Positions 52,690-64,000 of a stretch of DNA of 64,000 bases are shown piece by piece. Under the pieces are notes generated by a model, which saw only the letters and a list, made by a program, of their open reading frames with translations, did no database searches and was not told the origin of the DNA. The stretch is from Chiloscyllium plagiosum (Eukaryota): positions 85,228,580 to 85,292,579 of the forward strand of contig NC_057718.1 in NCBI RefSeq assembly GCF_004010195.1, written 5' to 3'. Numbering within the stretch: position 1 is the stretch's first letter; each line of letters begins with the position of its first letter. Position numbers and translations under genes: made by a program.

Positions 52690-53829
52690 TCTGATTTCTC
52701 CCTACAGCTGCTGCCAGGCCTGCTGAGTTTTTAATGCAATTTCTGTTTTTGTATGCGATTTCCAGCATCTGCAGTTCTTTATTATATATTAACATTAGTC
52801 TAGCAGACAGGAAATATGAATGCCTCATTTTCCAACTGGCAAGTTATTAGAATTTGTGTGCACCAATGCTGAGCCTCAGATTTTTACAATTTACCTAAAT
52901 AACTTGGATGAAGGGGCCCATGGCATGGTTGCTAAATTCGTTGATGACACAATGTAAATTTTTGTTGAGACTATAAGGAGACTGTAAATAAATACAAAAA
53001 TGTTAAGTGAACATCATGGAGTGCAATACTGTATAGAAATGAGAGATCCTGGCAGGAATAACAGCAAAGAAGCATATTACCTAAATGAGGAGTCATTTTC
53101 CAGAGCTCTGATCTGTAAAGGTATCTGAGTTTCCTAGCGTGAGTTTCAAAAGGTCTACCAGTACAGCAAGTACTAAGGAAAGCTAGCAGAATGTGATTGC
53201 CTATCAAGGAGAACTGAATGCAAAAGAAGGGAAATTGTACACAGCACAGCACAATCTATGATCTAGATCATAGATGGAGCACTACATACAGCATTGCTCT
53301 CTTTAAGGATGTAACTGCATCAGAAACAGTTCAGAGAAAGTTTATTAGACTAATACTTGGAACTGGTGGATTGTCTTAAAAGGAAAGATTGGATAGGACA
53401 GGCTTGTATCTGCTGGAATTTAGAAAAAGGCAATTTGATTGCAACATAAGATCATGAGGTGTCTTGACACGGTGAATGCAGAGTGGATATTTCCTCCTGC
53501 AAGAGAATTTGCAAGCAAAACACTTATGACAGAGATGAACATAAATTTTTCTCAGTGGGTTGAATGCTTTTGGAACTTTATTCCTCAAAATGTAGAGTCA
53601 TGTAGTGATAGAAAACAGCTGCTCCTGCCCTGGGATCAGCAGAGAAGTCACAGGAAGATCCCAAACTGATTTATGAAACTATCCCTTTACCATCATTGAT
53701 CATGCTGAGTAAAACCGACTAAAAATGTCTCAGAAGTGACCCTCGCCCTTCCATCATCCCTATGCTATAAAGTATTTTTATTTTGAAACAATCTTTCCCT
53801 TTTGCTGTCCATTCCAACACCCACGTTGT

Positions 53830-54800
53830 TGCACACCTAGCATTGTCTACCTTTGGAGTGTAGACATCCCAGAGTGTCCTGCCCTCTCACACTTCAAGTG
53901 GATTTTTACAGGCCACTCCAGTCGCCTGCTGCTGTTCATCCAGTTCCATGGCAACATTTCCCTCAGCGCCATCTTCAAACACGTGGGCGCAGACACCATG
54001 GCCTGCCCACTATGGAGTCCATTCCCACAAGTGAAGATCTTTCTCCCGAATTGGAGTCAACATTTTTGAGGTTTGCAATCCGATTTCGCTACTGTGGCAA
54101 TGCTGGATTAGAAATAGGATGCAGAACTTGCCGACTCAGCCCTTCAAGTCCCCTCATCCCCTCCTCTAGACAGCAACATGGCAGGTTCTCCTTGCATGCT
54201 CCAAAGGATCCTGGAATCTGCTGTTCCCGTATTGGATGAGGTCAACGACTGATCATTCACACCCCATCCCACTCCCACCCCCACCCCCATCCCACCCCCC
54301 TCCCCATCCCATCTCAGTCCTAAACAGCTACCCCCCCTCCCCTTTTATTCAGAGGCAATTCCAGGGGTGCACAGATTCATAGCTGGGCCGAGAGGGGCTA
54401 ATGTCTTTGACCCTTTGAGACATTGAGGTCACAAAAGACGCTTGAAGATGCCCGAAACTATTTTGAGGCTCAGGAAGCATTGTGAACTATATTCTCTGAT
54501 TCTGCACTGGAGCATAGGAATTGCAGACACTTATGAGGTCACAGTACCTGACGTGGATCTATCGTTGCATAAGCCCCACGTTGTCAAGGTTTTCCGGCTG
54601 CATCTAGGTGCATCATCTGCTTCCATAATTACCCACTCCACTGAACATTTACCTGCCAACTGCCCACATGGTCAGCCGTTACCGCAGGTAGGTATCATCT
54701 TTCCCTCCCTCCCGCCCCCTCCAATCCCTCTGCCTTGGTCTCACCGTCAGCAACGAGAATCCTTTTCCTCCTCTTTTTTTGTCGATCTTTGATGCCAGGA
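53830..54800 (-). mobile_element. Possible highly degenerate L1/Tx1-clade LINE remnant
   Basis: Minus strand has NSYAPVQNQR-like and CDLN-like segments reminiscent of the APE endonuclease; frames are broken. Confidence 0.35.
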
Positions 54801-55089
54801 GAGGTTCCCAATGTCACAGGAAACCTGGAGGAGATGCCTTCTGAGCGTTCTGAACATTGTGGGGAAACAACATGGGAAACAGCTAGAGATGTGAGAGGAA
54901 GTTCAGATGACAGCGATCTCTGCCAACTCCGATCCAGTTGAAATGGAAGAATGGTGCAACCCCCAACTACTCCTGGTTGACAACACCGCTGGTGGACAGT
55001 GACTTCCAAAAGAAGCTCTCTGAAGGGTTGACTATGCTTAGGAAAGTGGAAATGGAATTCAGCACATCACCACTCCCGATCTTGGGACT

Positions 55090-55990
55090 TCAGATAAATG
55101 TGAGGTAGTGTGTTTTGGTAAAGGAAATCAATACCGGACTTATACATTTAATCGTAGGAGCCTGGGGAGTCTGGCCAAACAAAGACCTTGGAGTGTGGGT
55201 TCTTAGTTCCTCGAAGGTCGAGTCACAGGTGGACAGGATAGTAAAGGTGGTGTTTGGCATTATTAGTCAGTGCATTGAGTATAGGAGTTGGGAGGTCATG
55301 TTGTGGCTGTACAGGACATTGGTTAGGCCACCTTTGGAATATTGCATTCAGTTCTGGTCCCCCTTCCAAAGGAAAGAAGTTGTTAAACTTAAAGAATGTG
55401 GCCAGTATTGGAGGGTTTGTGTTATAGGGGGGAGGCTGAATAGGCTGGGGCTGTACAGAACATTGGTGAGGACACTTTTGGAATACTGCGTTCAATTCTG
55501 GTCTCCTTGCTACAGGAAGGATGATGTGAAACTTGAAAGGGTTCAGAAAAGGATGTTGGAGGGTTTGAGCTGGAGGGAGAGGCTGAATATGCTGGGGCTG
55601 TTTCCCCATAAGCGTCAGAGGCTGAGGGGTGACCCTATACAGGTTTATAAAATCAAGGGGATCATGGACAGGATGAATAGCCAAGCTGTTTGCCCCAGTG
55701 TAAGGGACTCCAAAACTAGACGGGAAAGATATTAAAGGAACCTAAGAACCACTTTTTTCACCTAGAGGGTGGTACATGTCTGGAATGAGCTGCCAGAGGA
55801 ACAGGTGGATGCTGGTACAATTACATTGTACAAGTACAACATTTAAAAGGCATCTGGATGGCTATATGAATAGGAAGAGTTTAGAGGAGTATGGGCAAAA
55901 TGCTGGAAAATGGGACTGAATTAATTTAAGATATCTGGTCGGCATGGACGGGTTGGACCGAAGGATCTGTTTCCTTGCTGTACAACTCCG
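55090..55990 (+). mobile_element. CR1 LINE 3' fragment with internal tandem duplication
   Basis: ORF 55115-55735 contains LYRTLVR..LEYC.QFWSP twice. Confidence 0.85.
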
Positions 55991-56419
55991 AGATGCGCAG
56001 CATGGAAACAGACCCATCAGTCCAACTCATCTATGTCAACCCTCAGCAACCTTTGAATATTTTCAAAGCAGAGGTAGGTAGCGCTTGATAAGCATGGGGT
56101 GGGGGATCCAAGTTGGCAGCGATCTAAGAGGTCTGCTTTGCTGAGCTCTGCACCTCAGTCCAGGCAAAGTCGCACTTTCACCTCCCCACTTAAATCATTT
56201 CTATGATAAGCAAGGGGTGAAACATCATCAGGGTAAGTAGAAATATAGTCAGATCAACCAGGATCCTTTTTAGGGTGCAGAAGCTTCGAGGGACAAGGGA
56301 CCTACACTTTATTCCTAATGTAGATGCTCACAAAATTGTCGGTTTCACGTACCAGTACCAATTCATCATTCAATCAACACAGTCTGCAAATAATCCAAAG
56401 TTAACCTATTGTCCTTAGT

Positions 56420-56662
56420 AAGTGATGTGCCAGGCAGAATATTCTACTATCCTCTTGAATGCTGGGAATAGGAGGATAGAGCAGATGAATGCATGCCTGA
56501 GGAGCTGGTGAGGGGAGAAGATGTCACATTTTTGGATTATTGGAATTTCTTCTGGAGTAGAAGTGACCTGTACAAGGATGGATTGCACCTGAATTGGAAG
56601 GCGACTAATATACCGGCAGGAAGAGTTGCAAGAGTTGCTTAGGAGGATTTAAACTAATAAGG
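56420..56662 (+). mobile_element. CR1 ORF1 (SGNH esterase-like) fragment
   Basis: NRRIEQMNA.LRSW, FWSRSDLY.DGLHLNWK.TNI remnants. Confidence 0.7.
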
Positions 56663-57145
56663 TGCGGGGGTGGTAACTTTTGTCAAAATATTTTCATCCG
56701 AGAGGTTAGCTCTCTATGTCTCTGCACATGCTACCAACCTGAGTATTTCCTGTTTACTTTAATTATTGCAGATTCTCAGGGCTGACTACTATCACTGCAT
56801 TGTTGAGCCCAGTGCTGAATGACATTGAACTTATACCTAATCAGCATGGCTATATTTTACATGTTTCTGTTCATGTTGACTTTGTTTGGAATTCTTGGCA
56901 AGGCGCTACAGCTTTTCTTTATGGGTGTGCAAAGTGATCTGATGTAAATGTTGAAAGTCCCAGTGCCAAATATTCAGGATGGTACTTAATGAAATGGCAT
57001 TCTATATTGTTCAATGACCTGAATGGCAAGTGAAAAGGTCACAAAAATACTACTTTGGTTATTTCCAAAAATTGCAGCCTGTTGACTCAGCTCAAGAAGG
57101 CATCTAATTTTAGATTGCATTGCAATGCAGAAGCATTGCCTATAT

Positions 57146-57356
57146 CAGTCAGTTCTGATAGAATATGATAGCACAAGAACAGAACTATTTTACATTATTA
57201 GAAAATCACTCAATAGCCGCACCAGTAAACTAACGGGGCCGGAATCGCGTTATAACCAATACAGGTAAGGAAAGTTCTACAAATAACAATCCAAATTCTT
57301 CAATTGTATTAAAGACAATTTGCATTGAAGAACAAATGTTATAGCAGAACTGACTG
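57146..57356. mobile_element. pogo/Tigger-like MITE
   Basis: TIRs cagtcagttctgatagaa / ttatagcagaactgactg followed by TA. Related copies at about 4400-4518 and 51880-52050. Confidence 0.65.
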
Positions 57357-59606
57357 TACACTCAAAGATTCAGAAGCTACACCTCTGATCTGCCATTCAG
57401 CTTGTGGCGGTCACACTGGTCATACTAGTTTATCAACTTCAGCTACAGTCTAGTTCCCAAGAAGCAGTTGGCAGTGGGATGAATAGGAAGTCTTGCATAA
57501 GGTACAGCAGACCAACCAGCTTTATTGCAGAGGTGATAGATATCAGTTGACAGTTTGGAGAAACAAAACAATGAATGTTAAAGCAAGACCTCACACAAGA
57601 TAATCAAATTTGAGGGGATTTTGTTAGATTAAGGAAGCAACTGTTTCCTCAAAAGAATAAATTTAAAATTGAAAATAATTGGCAAAAGAATTAAATGGCA
57701 AATTAGGAGGATGTTTTCAGAGGGCTTTTTAGATCTGGAAAAGAGCTGTGGAAACAGATTCTACAGGATTAAAGATTTGCAGGGTAATGGGGAGGAAGTT
57801 GGGATCTGGGACTAAGTTGGACACCTGTTTCAAAGACTCAGTCCAGACATGTTAAATCAAACAATTCCATGTTTCCTGTAAGATTCTAAGACCCTAAACC
57901 CTGTCAACTCTCCATTCCATCATCTCTGGTTTCTTGTATATCCCCTGCTACCCTTCATCCCAATTGCAAAGGATTAGGTGCTAACTCCGGATTTCTACAC
58001 ATCTATTGCATCCTTTATTAAAACTTACCCCTTTGATCAAGCATTTGGCCTGCTCTCCATCTAGTTGATAGTCTTTTTTTCTTACACTTTTGTGAAACAT
58101 CTTGACATTTTACTACACTAAAATGGTGCCATAACAAAAGTGGGTTGAAATCACTATTCATCTTTCATCCAACATCTCCATTTTTAAATCAATATGCATT
58201 CATATCAAATTATTTCCATTGCCTTGGTCATTTTTCCCTAAAATCATTGAAATCTTTAACCCCTCTGTCCTGCATTCTGTATTCTTGAGATTCATGGCTT
58301 CTTCACTGAAAAGAAACTTTACAATATGAAACCTTGTATTTTTCCACTACTTTGCAGCGCCAAACTGAGCACTTAGCTGAAGACCTCCTTCTTTTTGTAA
58401 ACACGACCTGCTCTTCGAGTCCTTGGTTCATTTAATTATCCAAACATCTCAGACTGATTAGAAAATCCTTTGCCTCCTACACGGTTTCAATCAAGCTCAT
58501 TATAAATTCCCTCTTCTATCACGCACTTTACAGCCTCAGTAATGAGTGAAAAATTTGTAACAAAGGATAATAAAGTAGTTTCTCTGGTATGACAAAGTTG
58601 TAAACTGGTGCTCAATACAATTGGGATGCTTGATTTTCTTCAGCAATAATTATGGAGTGGGGAAACTTCCATTTTGCCGAATATTCCATTTCATAAACCC
58701 CAATTCCTACTATGCTGCTGCAACTATTTCATCTTATTGGAACTTTTGTTTTTGTCAACTGTCCCCTGCCATCTCTGCATCCATGTGCAACAAAACCTTC
58801 ATGCCATGCAGCATCCATGTAACAAGTGTCAGATAGTCCATTGCCAATAATATAACAGTCACTCTTTGACATTTAGGGAAATGTCATATCTGAATTGTCA
58901 ACGATGAAGACCCTGCAGTTTACCATGGACCAGAAACTGAACTGGACCAACCATATACACACTCCAACCACAAGGGTCGGACAAGACTAATTCTGCAGTG
59001 AGCTGACTGGCACCCCAACTAACAACTTAGCCATGCACTCCCATCACCACCAATATTTAATGGCATAAGTGCACATTGTAAATAAAGTACACTGCAGCAA
59101 GGCTGCTTTGTCAGAACCTTCTAAACTCCTGAGCTCTCCTAATTGGGAAGACAAAATTAGCAGATACATGGGACTCTAACCACCTACACATTCCCTTCTA
59201 AGCCACACACCATCCTGATACTGAACTATAATCACTGTTCTTTCATTGTTACTGGGTTAAAATCTGCAAACTCTCTCTTTATACCATTGTGGGTGTGCCT
59301 AATCTACATAGACAGTGGTTGACGAAAGCAGCTTACCACTACCACGTTGGAGGCAATTATAGATGGGCAACAAATGCTGACCTTGTGAAAGAACAATTTT
59401 TAAAACAGTCTTACAAAGAGTTGATCATCTGTAATATCTTCCATTTCTAATGAAAGGTCATTTTTTGAAACATTAATTTTCTTTCTCTTTCTGTAGATGC
59501 AGGCTGGCCTGTTTATTGTTTACAGCCTTTCCTATTTGTAATGTCAAAGTTTTGCTGGTAACTTTTTGTTCACTGATAAGAAGCATAGAGTAAGATAAAG
59601 TAATAC

Positions 59607-59683
59607 CAAATGGGGCTCATCAGAATATGCCGACAATCCTGGCTTTAAAGCTTTGAATGTTTCGTGTGCAAGTTTAGGAGATT
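59607..59683 (-). CDS. ENTPD6: ENTPD6 (NTPDase6) internal exon
   Basis: AG/GT-bounded 77 nt exon, (E)SPKLAHETFKALKPGLSAYSDEPHL, containing the KPGLSAY motif of ENTPD5/6. Confidence 0.92.
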
Positions 59684-60139
59684 CTGTTGAAAGGAATCAC
59701 AAAATTAGAAATTTGGATGATTAGATTTCTCAACAGTGCAGTTCATGTCAATTAAGAGAGTATGCAATGGGAACTAACCACTGAAAGACCGAAGTGTGAA
59801 ATTACAAATTTAGGCAATAAATATTCAAATGCTTAACAGGATACACATGGAAAGTCAATGCAGGATAAATACTAGAGAGCTTTAAAAAGCATTCTGATTT
59901 AAATGTTTGTGGTGCAAATTAAGGCAATAAATGCTCATAAAAACATGATTCAGCATTAAAAAGACAATATAGAGTGCGCTGCTCTCCTTTGAGCTAGCAC
60001 CCTGAAATCTCTTTCTTCCAATTGAGGGGGCACCCTCAATATAGTGACTCAAAAACAGCTCCACTGACGATGCTTGGAGATAAAAGGTTACATTTCTGGG
60101 CTAGCAATCTCGAGAACTGCTTGTTAAAATCCTTGAGCA

Positions 60140-61135
60140 CTTTTCAGACTGGAGGCCTGTGACCAGTGGTGTGCCAGTTCTAGGTCCACTGCTTTTCATC
60201 ACTTATAAAAATGTGAGCATAGGATGTATAGTTAGTAAGTTTGCAGATGACTCCAAATTTAGAGGTGTAGTGCACAGTGAAGTTTACCTCAGAGTACAAT
60301 GGGACCTTAATCAAATGGACCAAGGAGTGACAGATAGAGTTTAATTTAGATAAATGTGAGGTGCTATATTTTGGAAATGCAAATCAGGGCAGGACTTATA
60401 CACTTAATGGTAAGGTCATGGGGAGCGTTGCTGAACAAAGAGACCTTGGAGTGCATGTTCATAGTTCCTTGAAAATAGAGCTGCAGGTAAATAGGACAGT
60501 GAAGAAGGCGTTTGGTAAGTTTTCCTTTATTGAACAGAGCATTCAGTCTAAGTGTTTGGAGGTCATGTTGCATTGGACATTGGTTAGGCAACTTCTGGAA
60601 TCCAGTGTGCAATTCTAGTATCCCTTCTATAGGAAGGATGTTGTGAAACTTGAAATGACTCAAAAGAATTAACAAGGATGTTGCCAGGGTGGAGGATTTG
60701 AGCTATGGAGAGGTTGAATAGGCTGGGGCTGTATCCCCAGAGCATCAGAGGCTGAGGAGTGACCTTATAGCTGTTCATAAAATCATGTGGGGCATAGATA
60801 GGGTAAATAAACAAGATCTTTCCCATGGGGTGGGGGAGTCCAGAATTAGAGGGCATAGTTTTAAGGTGAGAAGGGAAAGATTTAAAAGGGGCCTAAAGGG
60901 CAACCTTTGCACAGAGAGGGTGGTACGTGTGTGGAATGTGCTGCCAGGGGAAGTGGTGGAGGCTGGTATAATTATAACATTTAAAAGGTATCAGAATGGG
61001 TATATGAATAGGGTGGGTTTGGAGGGATATGAGCCCAGTGCTGGCAAATGGGACTAGATTAGGTTAGGATATCTGGTCAGCATGGATTAGTTGGACCAAA
61101 GGGTCTGTTTTGGTAGTGTACATCTCTATGACTCT
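60140..61135 (+). mobile_element. CR1 LINE 3' fragment
   Basis: VTSGVP..VLGPLLF, SKFADD and RDLGVHVH remnants, with a ctctatgactcta tail. Confidence 0.88.
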
Positions 61136-61795
61136 ACTTAAATTCTAATAATCAAATAAATCTGGAATAAGCAGCCAGCAACAGTTTAGTGATTATAAAA
61201 CTAGTGAACAGTCATGAAAATTACATCTGATTCACTTAATGTCCTTAAAGTAAAGGAATCCGTCAGCCTTGTGCAGTCTGCCCTGTATCACCTGCAGCGA
61301 TGTGGTTCACTCAAACTGTATCAAATCTCAATTTTAAAAAATCAAATATAATAAAACCAAATGAACCAGCTAGAATCATTCTAGATAGGATAAAGGCAAA
61401 AGTAATCCAGTTGATTATATAAAGTGCACCTCACGTCTGGGGACTTGTATCGAATTTAGTGACAGACAACTCAAGTGACAGTCATACACCATATTTATAC
61501 GTTTCGTACAACTTCCCAGACATCTCTAGCAATACCTTGTCCCACTGGCAGGATAGATCTATCAGAAGTAGCATTGCGTATAATCATGTGCAACTGAGAG
61601 TGGGAAATACTGGGAGTCCTCAACATTGAGTCTGGATCTCGTGAAGTCCCATGATATCACATTAAGCTTAAATCAGGAAACATGCTGATTTCACCTACTA
61701 CCCTCCCTCAGCTGATACTCCATGTTGAACCCCAGGTGGAAGCAGCAAGTATCTAGGATGGACATGACCATCATCATGGACATGAAATTCTAAGT

Positions 61796-62013
61796 GGCGA
61801 AAGTGAGGTCTACAGATGCTGGAGATCAGAGCTGAAAATGTGTTGCTGGAACAGCGCAGGTCAGGCAGCATCCAGGGAACAGGAGAATTGATGTTTCGGG
61901 CATAAGCCCTTCTTCAGGATTCCTGAAGAAGGGCTTATGCCCGAAACATCAATTCTCCTGTTCCCTGGATGCTGCCTGACCTGCTGCGCTGTTCCAGCAA
62001 CACATTTTCAGCT
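61796..62013. mobile_element. Fold-back PLE element, family 1, ~90-bp arms, 14-bp TSD
   Basis: 61830-61919 is the reverse complement of 61921-62013 apart from one 3-nt indel. ATGAAATTCTAAGT at 61782-61795 and 62014-62027. Confidence 0.9.
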
Positions 62014-62424
62014 ATGAAATTCTAAGTCTACATTGAGGACATCCTTTAATGTGACACTATCAGCATGCTAATTGGATTGATTCAGAACCGATATACTACC
62101 TCAACATTGGGAAATCAGGACAGTTTGCTATTTCACTATATTCAACCACAATCCATAAACAACTTCACTCACTCTGATACCACCATCAAATCAGGGTACT
62201 GAACCCTGGTTCAAAAAGAAACGTAGTGAGGATGCTAGGAGCATGTGTGATACATATATTATAAATCCAATTCTCTTTTCAATATTACTGCGTTGAATCT
62301 GCGTCCTCCATCTCTTCAACCAGTTCATTTCAAATCATTATGCCAGCTGCATAAGACCTTTCACTTCATTACTCCTGCTTCTTTTCCCAAAATACCTTCA
62401 ATTTGTCCCCTCTTTTGTAATAAT

Positions 62425-63450
62425 TAAGAGAACAGAGATCGAGAACACACACTGGATTATCAACACCAAGCTCACCAGGATCAAATTTATGAGAGAGGAG
62501 GAAACCAACCAATTCCAATTCCCATTCCTGGATGTGATGGTAGAATGAACACAGAATGGTGAATGAACAAAAGTGTACAGAAAATCCACACACACAGATC
62601 AGATCCTGAACTACAACAGCAACCACCCAAACACACACAAGAGAAGCTGCATTAGGACCCTGTTCAAAAGGGCTACAACAAACTGCAGCACTCCCTGCTT
62701 GCAAAAAGAGGAAGAACACCTCTACAAAGTCTTCGCCAAGAATGGATATCCCCGCAACTTTATCCATAGATGCTTAATAGACAAATAATGCAACAAGGAT
62801 GTGCCATGACCTAACACACTAGCCAAGCTAGCTTATGTAAAAAAAACCACTCATGGAACTAATAGCCTGACTTCTCCAACCAGATTCATGACAGCCCATA
62901 AACTGACAGCCATGCTCAGACAACAACTCACCAAAACAAAAGACCCACTACCCATCATATGCAAAACAAATGTAGCTTACAAGATTCCATGCAAAGATTG
63001 CATGAAACACTATATAAAACAAACAGGCAGACAACTAGCAATCCGCAATCGTCAATAAGCCACGAAACATAATGACCAGCTATCCCTAGTAGCCATACGT
63101 ATGAATGACAAGGACGACAAATTTGACTGGGACAAACAATAATAGGACAAACTAAACAGAGGACAGCCGGATAATTTCGAGAAGCATGGCAGTCATCCAT
63201 GGACTCCAATAAATACATTGTAGTGGTATATTGGGTCTCGGTCATGAATAACCAAAACGAGCAACCTGAAGCAGCAGGAACAGAACTAAATGAATTCCAG
63301 AAGACAGTACAGCAGCACTTCACAGGAGGCTCTAACGCATTTAAGATGTCACCTAGACAGGGGACAAAATGTCTGCAAATCAACTTCCCAGCTCAGCGAA
63401 CATACCCACAACTGCAGCAACCGGCACTTGAGCTACAAATCTTTACATAA
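62425..63450 (+). mobile_element. 5'-truncated PLE (family 4): RT C-terminus, GIY-YIG remnants and pseudo-LTR
   Basis: FLDV, VYRKSTHTDQILNYNSNHPNTHKRSCIRTLFKRA, NGYP, NVAYKIPCKDC remnants. The 3' end matches the arms of 10218-10565. Confidence 0.88.
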
Positions 63451-63711
63451 CCCTTGATCTGTCCCTTCTGGTTATCGACCGTCCTGCCAGTCTAAACAGC
63501 TTCGGATTATTTACTACTTTAAAACCTAGTATACCAGCGAACATCCCTATTAAATTTCCTTTTATTCTAGTCAAAGAACAATGAAGCTGCTATATATAAT
63601 CTCGCTACGAAACTCAAATCCCTTAACCTTGGTCTTCTTCTAGCACAGAATTGGACGTAGACAACATTCTGGCCGACATCTAACCAAAAATTCATAATTT
63701 GGAGGTTAGAA

Positions 63712-64000
63712 TGGGGTGGGCAAAGTTAAAAATCAGGTAATAGCCCAAAGGCTTATTTGCAAGTACAAACTTTCAGAGTGCTGCTCCTTCATCAGGTAGT
63801 TGTGAAGTGGGATCATAAGGCAGAATTTATAGCAAAGGATTACAGTGTCATACAACTGAAATGATATATTGAAAAATCTAGATTTTTGTTAAGTCTCTCA
63901 TCTTTTAGAATGGATTACAGGTTTCACTTCATTAATATGTAAATCCCAGAACTTCTTTTAAGTCACATTCTCAAGATAAGTTAAGGTTTTATTTTAGAAA
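63712..64000 (-). mobile_element. PLE family-2 pseudo-LTR running off the window
   Basis: Similar to 37125-37400; minus-strand CTGATGAaggagcagcactctGAAA at about 63770-63795. Confidence 0.7.

Noticed and set aside
55925..56045. Tail-to-tail inverted CR1 3' ends
   Set aside because: Short and diverged; explained by a second tiny LINE tail insertion.
18219..59683. ENTPD5 as the identity of the NTPDase
   Set aside because: Diagnostic segments (TPLVLK, LPG.KAQ, DCVSIM, LMSARLAILGG, W.HAE, FHY.DSL) match ENTPD6 better.
265..63450. Remaining short ORFs in the six-frame track
   Set aside because: They are antisense or off-frame readings of repeats or random open frames, mostly with non-ATG starts. 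No CRISPR array, rRNA or prokaryotic operon is evident.
59684..64000. ENTPD6 exon with ACR1 (DAGSTG) and 5' exons
   Set aside because: Not found by eye in this interval; presumably upstream of the window.

Overview
Eukaryotic (vertebrate) genomic DNA. The repeat content (HE1-type SINEs, HER1/CR1-type LINEs) points to an elasmobranch such as a shark; this is inference. Two spliced host genes lie tail-to-tail. A two-coding-exon barrier-to-autointegration factor (BAF/BANF family) gene is on + (1139-3777, 90 aa). Eleven 3' coding exons of ENTPD6 are on - (59683 down to the stop at 18219); its 5' exons lie beyond the window. The rest is mostly transposon debris: CR1 LINEs, HE1 SINEs, a clean solo LTR, pogo/Tigger-like MITEs, RTE and probable Tx1/L1 remnants, and many Penelope-like element (PLE) fragments. 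The most striking signal is the PLE material. It carries at least four sequence families of minimal hammerhead ribozyme motifs with palindromic, loop-less stem III. It also recurs as ~210-350 bp fold-back (palindromic) insertions with target-site duplications, and in family 1 the turn-around point sits at the 5' edge of the hammerhead core. All calls were made by eye; repeat boundaries are approximate and no database search was run.
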